Of a stretch of 64,000 nt of DNA, positions 53,167 to 62,055 are shown piece by piece (the first letter of the stretch is position 1; each line of letters opens with the position of its first letter). The notes beneath the pieces were generated by a model. It did not search any database, was not told where the DNA came from, and saw only the letters and a program-made list of their open reading frames with translations. Source of the DNA: a virus (lineage: Duplodnaviria > Caudoviricetes); the IMG/VR virus record IMGVR_UViG_3300030106_006201, positions 1,667-65,666 of that record; one strand, given 5' to 3'. Made by a program: the position numbers and the translations under genes.

Positions 53167-53571
53167 ATGACTGCACCCGCGCCCGCCACACCCTCCGGGT
53201 ACGCCGATCTGTGTTCCGACGCCGACGACGCGCCCCCGCTCGGCCCGGTCCGGGATCTTCACGTCGACCAGGTCGGGGTTGTGCGGGCACGCAAACCGAT
53301 GCCGCGGTCGGCGGCGGTGTTGACGGCTGCGGTGCAGCCGCAGTTCCCGGCGCACGTCCCGCGGCGCGACCGGGACCGGCTGCGCGACCAGATGGCCGGC
53401 GAGGCGGCCGAACGGTTCCTGCGCGACCACCTGGCGGACGGGGAGTATGAGCGGCTGATCGACGCCATGATCGACGGGCAGGCCCCCGCCGACACCCTGA
53501 CCCGGGTGTTGGAAGGGATCGCGACGTGGGGCACGGGCCGCCCTACCTCGCCGTCGTCTCGCTGTGCGTGA
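53167..53571 (+). CDS. second tail assembly chaperone-like protein
   Basis: FL..HL....YERL.D.M shared with the 40519 gene; ends GRPT. Confidence 0.55.
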   Translation: MTAPAPATPSGYADLCSDADDAPPLGPVRDLHVDQVGVVRARKPMPRSAAVLTAAVQPQFPAHVPRRDRDRLRDQMAGEAAERFLRDHLADGEYERLIDAMIDGQAPADTLTRVLEGIATWGTGRPTSPSSRCA

Positions 53572-53894
53572 CGACGGCTACCGAGTGGCGGGTGCTGCGC
53601 CCCCGCATCCCGGGCGACCCGATGGGGCTGGCGCATCTGCATGCTCTGCTCGACTACACCGAGGCCGCGATCCTGGACGGGAAAACCGGCACCGAGCGTG
53701 ACCAGTACTGGTCGCGCATGTACGGCCCGGCCGCCTACCAGCCCCGCCGGCCGGCCCCGGCCGCAATCCCGGGGGCCGCGTCTTCTGGCAGGGCGCGCCG
53801 CCCGGTGCAGGCCCCGCCGCCAGGGTTTGAGCCGCACGCCGTGGCGGGGTCGTGGCGCAACGCGCGCGCCGCGATCGGCGGCAAGGCACGCTGA
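53541..53894 (+). CDS. -1 frame ORF, candidate frameshift extension of the chaperone
   Basis: No good SD/start; overlaps the upstream gene at CGC-CCT-AC. Confidence 0.45.
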   Translation, partial: PYLAVVSLCVTTATEWRVLRPRIPGDPMGLAHLHALLDYTEAAILDGKTGTERDQYWSRMYGPAAYQPRRPAPAAIPGAASSGRARRPVQAPPPGFEPHAVAGSWRNARAAIGGKAR

Positions 53895-53912
53895 CCCCAT
53901 AGCATGGGTGCC

Positions 53913-54329
53913 ATGTCCGACCTGTTCGTCGCGTTCGACCCGGCGCAGCCCGCGGGCGAGAAACTACCGCCCGAGGTGGTCACCGAGATTGTGACGGTGT
54001 CGCCGTCAACGTTGAACGACGGGCAGGTCACCACCGCCAAACTCGCCAACGATGCGGTCACCGGCCCGAAGATCGCAGCCGGGGCGGTGGGCGCCGGGAA
54101 GATCGCCACCAACGGGGTGGTCGCCGGGAACCTCGCCGACGACGCGGTCGACACCGACGCCATCGAAAACGCGGCCGTCACCCCAGAGAAAACCGGGGCC
54201 GGGGTGCTCACCATCAAAGCGTCCGACGGGCAATACTTGGATGTGGCCGCGCAGGTGTTGACCGTCACCGAGCATGACGCGCTGCCCGCCGAAGACCCGA
54301 CGGTGCTGTACCTGATCGTGGAGGACTAG
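53913..54329 (+). CDS. minor tail protein with VTxxKLA repeats
   Basis: TAGCAT-N7-ATG; VTTAKLANDAVTGPKIA. Confidence 0.65.
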   Translation: MSDLFVAFDPAQPAGEKLPPEVVTEIVTVSPSTLNDGQVTTAKLANDAVTGPKIAAGAVGAGKIATNGVVAGNLADDAVDTDAIENAAVTPEKTGAGVLTIKASDGQYLDVAAQVLTVTEHDALPAEDPTVLYLIVED

Positions 54330-54331
54330 CC

Positions 54332-55039
54332 GTGCCGATCCGCATCGCCGGCAAAGCGCTGCAGGGGGGCCGGCTGACCGGGAAAGACTTGGCCGGGGTG
54401 CGGTACGGCGGCAAGCAGGTGTGGTCGCCGGGCGGCATTTTCCTGGGTTTCGACGACGGCGACGCCGACGACCTGACCGGCTACGGCTTCGTTCACTACG
54501 GATCCGACCTGTACTCGGCGGGTGTCGACAACGGGGCGATGCGCCTCGCGCAGCCCGACTCGGGGCCGGGCGCGATCGGCGTGTACCGCGACGACGTGCG
54601 ATACGACGACGCCACCGCCACCGCCGACGACGGATACTTGGCGTTCCGGGCCGCCACACCGGGCTCGCCGGGCAGCTTCTCCCAGTCGAAGTACCGCACA
54701 CAACTGTTCGCGCGCGGATCCAACGGCGGCGTCACACACGGGGTGGGGGTGGAGTTGGCGAACTCGACGGCCGCGATTGTGCGGCGCGTCGCCGGCACCG
54801 ACAATGTCATGACGGACACGTACACGTTCGGCGGTGGCGACGTGGGGCGACTCAAGTTCGTGGGCGATCTGTGGACGTTGACGATCAACGGGGCGTTCGC
54901 CGCCGAATGGGACGACGCCGGGTCCAGCGCCGCATCCGGTGCCAGCTACCGGTCGCTGCTGGCCCGGGTTGATGCGGGCCGCGAGTTCAACGGCGCCCGC
55001 TACTTCTCCCCGGCGATCGATTGGGTCGAATACGGCTAA
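54332..55039 (+). CDS. minor tail protein
   Basis: VRYGGKQVW N-terminus; GGAGG SD. Confidence 0.65.
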   Translation: MPIRIAGKALQGGRLTGKDLAGVRYGGKQVWSPGGIFLGFDDGDADDLTGYGFVHYGSDLYSAGVDNGAMRLAQPDSGPGAIGVYRDDVRYDDATATADDGYLAFRAATPGSPGSFSQSKYRTQLFARGSNGGVTHGVGVELANSTAAIVRRVAGTDNVMTDTYTFGGGDVGRLKFVGDLWTLTINGAFAAEWDDAGSSAASGASYRSLLARVDAGREFNGARYFSPAIDWVEYG

Positions 55040-55078
55040 GCCCCTGCGACCGCACGTGCCGCCGATAGGATCGGGCGT

Positions 55079-55225
55079 GTGCAGCAGCCGTGGATCGACT
55101 CGTTTCTGGCCGCCCTGACCGGCCCCAACAACGGCGGCGGTAGCGGCGGGGCGGGCGGCCCGATGGTGCAGGATCCGCCCGGCTCCGGGCTGTACATTCC
55201 CGACACCAGCCAGATCGAGGAGTGA
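55079..55225 (+). CDS. small protein with DPPGSGLY motif (48 aa)
   Basis: TAGGAT-N7-GTG; motif shared with the 47129 minor tail. Confidence 0.5.
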   Translation: MQQPWIDSFLAALTGPNNGGGSGGAGGPMVQDPPGSGLYIPDTSQIEE

Positions 55226-55228
55226 CCC

Positions 55229-57274
55229 GTGGCCGACCGGCTCGTCGCCATCAACACCGCCCAACCCCAGGGCGAGCAGTTGCCCGAATCGGTGCGCACC
55301 GAACTCGCTGAGGTGGCGGGGGATCTGACCGGCACCGTGACGACCGCGGTCAACGCGACGGTGCCGGGCGCGGTGTCGACTGCCGTGGGTGAGCAGGTCG
55401 GGCCAGCTGTCACCGCAGACATCGAGGCCAGGGACGCCCAGGTTGTCGAGGGGACAGCCCCGGGCACTTCGCGGTTCAAAATCGGTGACGCCTATGGCTC
55501 GGATTTTCCGAAGGCGACCACCTGGACGGAGATCGCGTCGAAGCCGATCCGTTCGGTGTCGGAGTTCGGCGCTGTCGGGGACGGGGTCACCGACGACACC
55601 GCAGCTATCCAAGCGGCGCTGGCGTGGATGGGAAGTAACGGCGGCGGCATCCTTTATCTCGGTTGGAATCATCTCGTCTCCGCAACGCTAGTGGTGCCGG
55701 AGTGCACAATTTTGCGTGGGCATGGGGGGCACAGCAACAGCCGGGGTAGCCGGATTACGTCGTCGGCGACTTCTGGCGCGGTGGTGCATCTGTCGTCGCG
55801 GTCGACGTACCTTCAGGGTGTCAGAATCCTGTCCACGACAGGTCGCAGAGCGGCTGTGACCACCACCGGTCATGGGGTATATATCGGCGGTGATGATGTT
55901 TCGTCGGGGTACCCGTTTTTCTCGCGGATTCTGCTGGCTGATGTGGATATTCGGGATCAGCCGACCGATGGTGTGCATGCGATTGGCACGTTGGAGAAAA
56001 GCCGCTTCGATTTGGTGACGGTTTCTGATTGTGTGCGGCACGGTTATGTGTTCGACGGCGGCGCTATCGCGGGGTTCTCGAACATTCAGAAGGCCCCGTT
56101 TATGCTGGAGTTGTTGCGGGTTCGCGCGTTTGAGTGTGGTGGGCAGGCGTTGATCTGTCTGTCGGCTGGCGGTGAGGCTCCGCAGGGCTTGTATTTCAAC
56201 AAGTTCGACGCGTTGGGGTGCGCCTGGGATTCCACCAAACGCAACACGGTCGGTGTTGTTGCTGGGGCCGAGTTGTTCCAGATTCAGTTGGGCGGGCGCG
56301 GGCATGAGTTGCACCGGCTGGACGTGGAAGATCAGCAGTACGCCAACTCCACCACCGCTACGGGAGGGCGCGCCAAAACCGCCAGGGTGGTCCCGTCGAA
56401 GGGTGTGTTCTGCAAGGCCAGCGGCGTCACCGCGTACTGGCCGTACTTCTCTTCGCTGGTGCAGTCGTGGCTTCAGGACGCCACCACCGAGGGGCTAGAG
56501 ATTGTGCAGCCGTTCATCGTCTCTGGAACTTATGGGGTGAACCAGTCACCCGCGATTCAGGTTCCGGCGACGTGTTCGGGTGTGGACATCCGCTACTCGT
56601 CTAGCATGACGAGCGGCGCGACGACGGTGGTGCAGAACCAGTCGAAGAACGCCCGCATCGTGGCGAACGGGTTGCCTCGGGTCGGGTTGGGGACGACCGC
56701 GATTTCGGGGTGGGGCGACGGTATCGACCCGGTTGGTTCCACCATTTCGGCGGCGGTGTTGACCGTTGCGCATCGCCGCACCCAGGTCAACGGAGAAGGC
56801 GCCACTACCGACAATTTTCAGACGATGCGTCTCGCGCCCGGGGTGAACGGTTACGCCGGCATGGACATCTGGTTGTTCCGAGGCGCGGAAGACATCACCG
56901 TTCAGCACGGCACCGGGAATATTCGCAACTTGTCGGGCAAAGACATTGTGATGACCTCGACCGCGAACACGGTGTTGCATTACGTCTACAACGGGACGAA
57001 CTGGGTGCAGGCGTCCGGGCTGAGCCTTCCCGTCGCGGCGGGCGCCTACACGCAGACGTATGCGACCGCCGACAAAACGTTGAGCGCCTACACCCCGGAC
57101 AATGAGTCAGTCGCCTACACCGGCAACCCCGCCGATTTGGCGTCGGCGGCGAAGCTGGTCGATCAGAACGCACTGCGGGTCGCGTATGAGAACCTTCGGG
57201 TGTTCACCGAGGATTTGGCGCAGCAACACAACTCTCTGATCGCCGACCTCAAGGCACTTGGGCTGATTCAATGA
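55229..57274 (+). CDS. tailspike/fiber with pectate-lyase-3-like beta-helix
   Basis: SVSEFGAVGDGVTDDTAAIQAAL...GGGILYL. Confidence 0.75.
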   Translation: MADRLVAINTAQPQGEQLPESVRTELAEVAGDLTGTVTTAVNATVPGAVSTAVGEQVGPAVTADIEARDAQVVEGTAPGTSRFKIGDAYGSDFPKATTWTEIASKPIRSVSEFGAVGDGVTDDTAAIQAALAWMGSNGGGILYLGWNHLVSATLVVPECTILRGHGGHSNSRGSRITSSATSGAVVHLSSRSTYLQGVRILSTTGRRAAVTTTGHGVYIGGDDVSSGYPFFSRILLADVDIRDQPTDGVHAIGTLEKSRFDLVTVSDCVRHGYVFDGGAIAGFSNIQKAPFMLELLRVRAFECGGQALICLSAGGEAPQGLYFNKFDALGCAWDSTKRNTVGVVAGAELFQIQLGGRGHELHRLDVEDQQYANSTTATGGRAKTARVVPSKGVFCKASGVTAYWPYFSSLVQSWLQDATTEGLEIVQPFIVSGTYGVNQSPAIQVPATCSGVDIRYSSSMTSGATTVVQNQSKNARIVANGLPRVGLGTTAISGWGDGIDPVGSTISAAVLTVAHRRTQVNGEGATTDNFQTMRLAPGVNGYAGMDIWLFRGAEDITVQHGTGNIRNLSGKDIVMTSTANTVLHYVYNGTNWVQASGLSLPVAAGAYTQTYATADKTLSAYTPDNESVAYTGNPADLASAAKLVDQNALRVAYENLRVFTEDLAQQHNSLIADLKALGLIQ

Positions 57275-57344
57275 TCACCACCTTCTGCCTCGCCGGCGCT
57301 TCCCCGCAGCCACGCCTGGACAACGACCGACTCGGCGGGGAACG

Positions 57345-58529
57345 GTGAGCTACGGCCTGCCCCGCGGTACCCGTATCGCCTACGGGCAGGCCGGTTTTCC
57401 CGCGTGGGTGTACGAGCTGGCGGACCGGTTCGGTGTGCGCGCGAGCACCTACAAAGGCCATCAGGAAACGGACCGGGCAGAGCAGGGTTTCGCGCCCAAC
57501 CCGCAGCGGCTCAACCGGGGCATCGACTGGGCCGGTCCGGTGGATGCGATGCAACGATTCGCCGACTATCTGCTCACGGTGCGCGAACACCTGGAGCAAG
57601 TCATCTGGGAAAACCCGCGCAATGGCCGCCGCGTCGGCGTCGCCGGAGGCCGAGACGTCACCACCAGCGCCTACTACGCCTACGACGGCGGATACAACCG
57701 GCACCGCAACCACGTTCACACCCGCCAATCCCAACCCATCCCGCAGCCAACCTCGGAGGCCCCCGTGCCCGATAACCGCCCCGATTTCAACGAATGGCCC
57801 ATGTGGTCGCCGTCGCACAGTTCCCGCGGCAGCACCAAGATCGACGCGTTTTTTCTGCACACACAGGAAGGCGGCGGGGGGGATTCTGCCGCCGAGAACC
57901 TCGCGAAATACCTTGGCAACCCGGCAAATAAGGTCTCCTACCACTACACGGTGTCGCAGGCATCCGACGGCGGCGTAACCGTCGTTGACGTGGTCGACAC
58001 CGACTACGCGTCCTGGTCGGTACTGTCGGCCAACTCGCGGTCAATCAACCTGTGCTTCGCCGGATCGCGGGCGTCGTGGACACGCGAGCAGTGGCTCAAG
58101 CAGTCCAAGGCGATCGACGCCGCGGCATACCTCGCTGTGCAGGACTGCAAAAAGTACGACTTCGCCACCAGGGTCATCGCGCCGCCGTACAGCACCCGCC
58201 TACCGGGCATCTCGGACCACGCCTACGTGACCAAGGTGCTCGGCGATGGCACCCACACCGACGTCGGGCCGAACTTCCCGTGGGACTACTTCAGCCAGCG
58301 CGTCACGTTCTGGGAGGCCGGAGGAAAGGACAGCCCCACGCCGCAACCTGCCCCGGTGAAGGTGTGGCCAAAGGACTACAGCGACCGGGAACTGCTGGTG
58401 TACGTGGCCGAGCAGCTAGGGGCTGGCCGCGACGACTGGGGCGAGGACGGCGATCTCGGCCGCAACGCCAAAGGCCAACGGCGTACTCTCCGCGCCGGCA
58501 TAGCTGCGCTTCTGCGAGGCCAGCGATAG
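57345..58529 (+). CDS. lysA: lysin A (N-terminal peptidase-like domain plus Amidase_2)
   Basis: STYKGH...RGIDW...HRNHVH; FFLHTQEG, SYHY, HTDVGPNFPW. Confidence 0.9.
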   Translation: MSYGLPRGTRIAYGQAGFPAWVYELADRFGVRASTYKGHQETDRAEQGFAPNPQRLNRGIDWAGPVDAMQRFADYLLTVREHLEQVIWENPRNGRRVGVAGGRDVTTSAYYAYDGGYNRHRNHVHTRQSQPIPQPTSEAPVPDNRPDFNEWPMWSPSHSSRGSTKIDAFFLHTQEGGGGDSAAENLAKYLGNPANKVSYHYTVSQASDGGVTVVDVVDTDYASWSVLSANSRSINLCFAGSRASWTREQWLKQSKAIDAAAYLAVQDCKKYDFATRVIAPPYSTRLPGISDHAYVTKVLGDGTHTDVGPNFPWDYFSQRVTFWEAGGKDSPTPQPAPVKVWPKDYSDRELLVYVAEQLGAGRDDWGEDGDLGRNAKGQRRTLRAGIAALLRGQR

Positions 58530-58617
58530 TATGAGCCTTGAGGCGAGGTCAGGCAGCGATGATGGCGCTGCCCGACCTCTAGCCGCCTCGCTGGGATTGT
58601 CAGAGAGAAGGCTAGTC

Positions 58618-59136
58618 ATGGATGATACTACTGCTGCCGAAAGGTGGCTGCCCGTGGTCGGATTCGAAGGCCTGTACGAAGTGTCCAACAAAGGGGCCGT
58701 GCACTCCGTTCCTCGCGTAGTGCTCCGAAACGGAAATTCCGTAAAGCTCCAAGGCAAACCGATTAGGGCTTGGGCGGCGACTAAAGGTGGATACCCCTCG
58801 GTGTCGTTGTGTAGGCACGGGAAAAAGCGGAACTTCGCTATTCACACGCTCATGCTGGAGGCCTTTGTCGGACCTCGCCCGAGGGGGCTAGAAGGTTGTC
58901 ACAATGACGGCGATCCGCTTCACCTCGACATATCGAATCTGCGATGGGACACGCGCAGTGCGAATATGCTCGACGCGGTAGCGCACGGCACCCATAATCA
59001 CGCACGCAAAAAATCCTGCAAGTATGGTCACGAGTTCACGGCAGAAAACACCCGCATCTACACATTCAAAAATGGTGTCACTGCGCGATTCTGCAGGCAG
59101 TGCAAGCGCGACCACCAAAGGCGGGTCGTGTCGTGA
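58618..59136 (+). CDS. NUMOD4-HNH homing endonuclease
   Basis: WLPVVGFEGLYEVSNKG; CHNDGD...NLRW; CKYGH..CRQC. Confidence 0.88.
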   Translation: MDDTTAAERWLPVVGFEGLYEVSNKGAVHSVPRVVLRNGNSVKLQGKPIRAWAATKGGYPSVSLCRHGKKRNFAIHTLMLEAFVGPRPRGLEGCHNDGDPLHLDISNLRWDTRSANMLDAVAHGTHNHARKKSCKYGHEFTAENTRIYTFKNGVTARFCRQCKRDHQRRVVS

Positions 59137-59246
59137 GCGTTGTGGGCTGGCAGGTGTTGATGTGGCTGTCCGTCGCCCTGACGGGGTCGGTGGCGCTGAA
59201 CGTTCGGCTACTGCACTACGACCCGTATCGAGACAGGAACCGTTGA
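59133..59246 (+). CDS. small membrane protein (37 aa)
   Basis: One TM segment; GTGA overlap. Confidence 0.45.
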   Translation: MSVVGWQVLMWLSVALTGSVALNVRLLHYDPYRDRNR

Positions 59247-59247
59247 C

Positions 59248-60330
59248 ATGGCATGGTCACCCGCGAAAGCCGTTGAGGACTTCGACGTTCGGATATCCGA
59301 CGCGAAAGAGGTGCTCGACAACTACAGCTACGGCCAGGAGTTGCTGCCCGAGAAGCTGGCAGGCGGCTACACCGACACGTACACCGCCGAGTTCGGCCGC
59401 GCGATCGTCCGATACAAGACCGCGGTCAACGAACTTGTCCGGCTGGGACGCCGCCCCGGCCCGATCACCGATTTCGACACCGAATTCGATTGGGCCACCA
59501 AGGTTCAGATGGGCCTGGTGCCTCGCTCAATCATCCCCGCCCCGGCGGGGGTGCCGACTCCGAACCGGCGCCCGCTGTGGATCAGCGTGGAGGGGCACCT
59601 GTCGGACATGTGGATCGGCCCGGCGGTGGAGGTGGGCCACCGATTGGAGGCCGAGCACAAGGTTCAGTTGCAGCCAACCTGGTATGACAATGCGCGCATC
59701 CCGTTCAACAACGCGTCCGGCGTGGACATGATCTGCTCGTTTTTCCGCGACCCGAACCGCATGTGGGTGGGCCGGCCGTGGTGGCTGTCGGGGTTCTCTC
59801 AGGGCGACATTGTGGTGACGCTGTTTCTGCTGCGCCACGTGTTCCCGCCCGGCTCGGAGTTTCATGCCCATTTGCCGTTCTGGCTGGGCGCGGTCGAGTA
59901 CGGGGCGCCGTGCCGCCCGCTGGACGTGGTGGCGCCGTGGGTGGCCGATCCGCCGCGGCCGGGTACGCGCGGCATCGCGTCGGAGCGGATGCCTTTCGAG
60001 GTGCCTGACGGGCGGGGCGGGTTGGTGCCGGTGCAGAACAAGGTGGCCTATGTGTGCCGGCGGCGCGACATGTACACCGAGACGCCGGATGACGGGGCGG
60101 GCGCGAAGCAGACGGCGATCTATGACGTGGTGCAGGGTTCGTGGGGGCCGCTGCTGATGGAGCTTCTGCGGTTCGGGATTGAGCCGACGGATCAGGTGAT
60201 CGAGACGGCTATCGCGATCAGTCGGGGCGCGCTGTTCCTGGTGAACATGGATAAGCACGGGGGCTACGTGTTGGAGCCGGGGCAGGATTGGGCGCGGGCT
60301 CGTACGGATGCGTGGCTGGCTGCGGCCTAG
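59248..60330 (+). CDS. lysB: lysin B (cutinase-like esterase)
   Basis: N-terminal PG-binding-like region; GFSQG, GAPCR, GIA, DMY. Confidence 0.8.
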   Translation: MAWSPAKAVEDFDVRISDAKEVLDNYSYGQELLPEKLAGGYTDTYTAEFGRAIVRYKTAVNELVRLGRRPGPITDFDTEFDWATKVQMGLVPRSIIPAPAGVPTPNRRPLWISVEGHLSDMWIGPAVEVGHRLEAEHKVQLQPTWYDNARIPFNNASGVDMICSFFRDPNRMWVGRPWWLSGFSQGDIVVTLFLLRHVFPPGSEFHAHLPFWLGAVEYGAPCRPLDVVAPWVADPPRPGTRGIASERMPFEVPDGRGGLVPVQNKVAYVCRRRDMYTETPDDGAGAKQTAIYDVVQGSWGPLLMELLRFGIEPTDQVIETAIAISRGALFLVNMDKHGGYVLEPGQDWARARTDAWLAAA

Positions 60331-60419
60331 TTTCCGGTTTGTGATCACGAACCTGTTGCGCCCACCCCGCCAGTGCGATACGGTGATCACGTAACCGATT
60401 GCACCCCGGAAGGTACGCA

Positions 60420-60569
60420 ATGACCGAGTATGACAAGTGGAGCGCCGACGAGTGGTGGCGCGCCCAAAATCCTGGCGCGAGCGCGGCCCGCGGCGTCCTG
60501 TGGGCGCTGCTGGGCTCGGCGGTCATCGTCGGCGCGATCGTCGCGGGTGTGTGGCTGGTGTGGCCGTGA
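60420..60569 (+). CDS. small membrane protein
   Basis: One TM segment; follows the TACGGT promoter. Confidence 0.55.
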   Translation: MTEYDKWSADEWWRAQNPGASAARGVLWALLGSAVIVGAIVAGVWLVWP

Positions 60570-60748
60570 AGCGCCGCCGCACCTTGGCCGACGCGCTGGC
60601 CGACGCCCCCACCGCGGGCGGGATGGCCGTGTGCGACGCCGCCGAACGCCTGCACGCCCGCCTGGTCGACCAGCGCGACCAGATCATCGAACTGCAGTTG
60701 GATGCTGCCGAAACGCTGCGCCGCTGCGGCGAGCGGGGCCGGTCGTGA
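60566..60748 (+). CDS. hypothetical protein
   Basis: GTGA-coupled. Confidence 0.5.
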   Translation: MKRRRTLADALADAPTAGGMAVCDAAERLHARLVDQRDQIIELQLDAAETLRRCGERGRS

Positions 60749-61065
60749 TCGCGGCGGCCGTGTACGGGGTGGCCCGCGGCGCGGGCTGCGCGCTGGGCCG
60801 CCTGCTGCTGGTCGCGTTCCCCGCCCGGTCTGCGCCCGTGCGCCGCGCGGAGTCGGCCGCGGGCCAGTCCTGCCGGGGTGAGCGCGTTGGGAAGCCCGCG
60901 CCCCCGGCAGGGCGCCGCGACGACGCCACACTGATGCGGGAATCGGCGGCGTGGATCGCGCACACCATCATGGACGACCCCCGGGGGGAGCCGTGGACTA
61001 TGACGCGGCTGCTGCTCGCCGAGCTGCACAGCCGCGCCGACGAACTCGACCCGCAGCCGCAGTAG
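60745..61065 (+). CDS. hypothetical protein
   Basis: GTGA-coupled. Confidence 0.5.
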   Translation: MIAAAVYGVARGAGCALGRLLLVAFPARSAPVRRAESAAGQSCRGERVGKPAPPAGRRDDATLMRESAAWIAHTIMDDPRGEPWTMTRLLLAELHSRADELDPQPQ

Positions 61066-61168
61066 CCCGATTCTCCCCGTGTGCGCTCGGGGCAAAAAGA
61101 ATGGGGGCCGTCACAGCTGCACCCCGGGACGGCCACCCGAACAACACCCTACACGAACGGAGAACACC

Positions 61169-61498
61169 ATGATAGTCGCCAAACGCCCCCGCACGGTCCG
61201 CAGATGGCTGGCAGCCGCAGGCCTAGCCGGGATGGCCGCCGCGGGCTGCATCGCCGCCGCCGGGCCGGCCAGAGCTGATGTCGTCGACGACTACACCGCG
61301 CAGAACGCCCACACGGTGTGCGCCGTCCTCGACCGCCACCCCCATGTGGCTGGCGTTGAGGGTATCGTCCTGGCGATCGTGCAGGACGGACTGACGCCGT
61401 ATTCCGCAGGACAGGTGGTGGGCTACTCGGTGTGGAGTTGGTGCCCCGAACATTCCGACCTGGTCGACGCTTTCGTGGCGAAATGGGCGGGCAGGTGA
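61169..61498 (+). CDS. DUF732-like secreted protein
   Basis: Signal peptide ending PARAD; VC...WCPEH. Confidence 0.7.
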   Translation: MIVAKRPRTVRRWLAAAGLAGMAAAGCIAAAGPARADVVDDYTAQNAHTVCAVLDRHPHVAGVEGIVLAIVQDGLTPYSAGQVVGYSVWSWCPEHSDLVDAFVAKWAGR

Positions 61499-62055
61499 GT
61501 GGCGTGAACGATGACGTTGAGACTTGGAAAGCTATCCCAGGATGGGAGGAGCTTTATGAGGTTTCCGATCAGGGGCGCGTGCGATCAAAGGACCGCGTGG
61601 TCTATGCGCACTATTCGCCGACATTCGAATACGCCGGCCGGCGGCGGCGGGGAAAGATTCTTCGCGCATCGCTCAACCCCAAGGGATATCCAATGGTTAC
61701 GTTGTGTCGCAACGTCAATGAGCGCAGCCCCCGGACGGTACACGCGCTGGTCATGCTGACTTTTGTCGGCCCGCGCCCCGTCGGCAAGGAGGTCCGTCAC
61801 CTCAACGGCGATAGTCGTGACGCACGGCTTTCCAACCTCGCCTATGGGACGCACTCGGAGAATATGCGCGACTGCATTGCCCATGGAACCAACCCGCTGG
61901 CGCGAAAGGAGCGTTGCAAGCGCGGCCACCCGTTGTCCGGTGACAACCTGTACGTCCCCGCCAACGGATCTCGTCAGTGTCGGACATGTTGTCGCGAGCG
62001 TTCGCAGGCGTACGAGGCTAGCGGTAAGCGGGTCCGGAAGGCGCGTGCGTCGTGA
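61495..62055 (+). CDS. NUMOD4-HNH homing endonuclease
   Basis: WKAIPGWEELYEVSDQG; VRHLNGD...NLAYGT; CKRGH..CRTC. Confidence 0.88.
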   Translation: MSGVNDDVETWKAIPGWEELYEVSDQGRVRSKDRVVYAHYSPTFEYAGRRRRGKILRASLNPKGYPMVTLCRNVNERSPRTVHALVMLTFVGPRPVGKEVRHLNGDSRDARLSNLAYGTHSENMRDCIAHGTNPLARKERCKRGHPLSGDNLYVPANGSRQCRTCCRERSQAYEASGKRVRKARAS

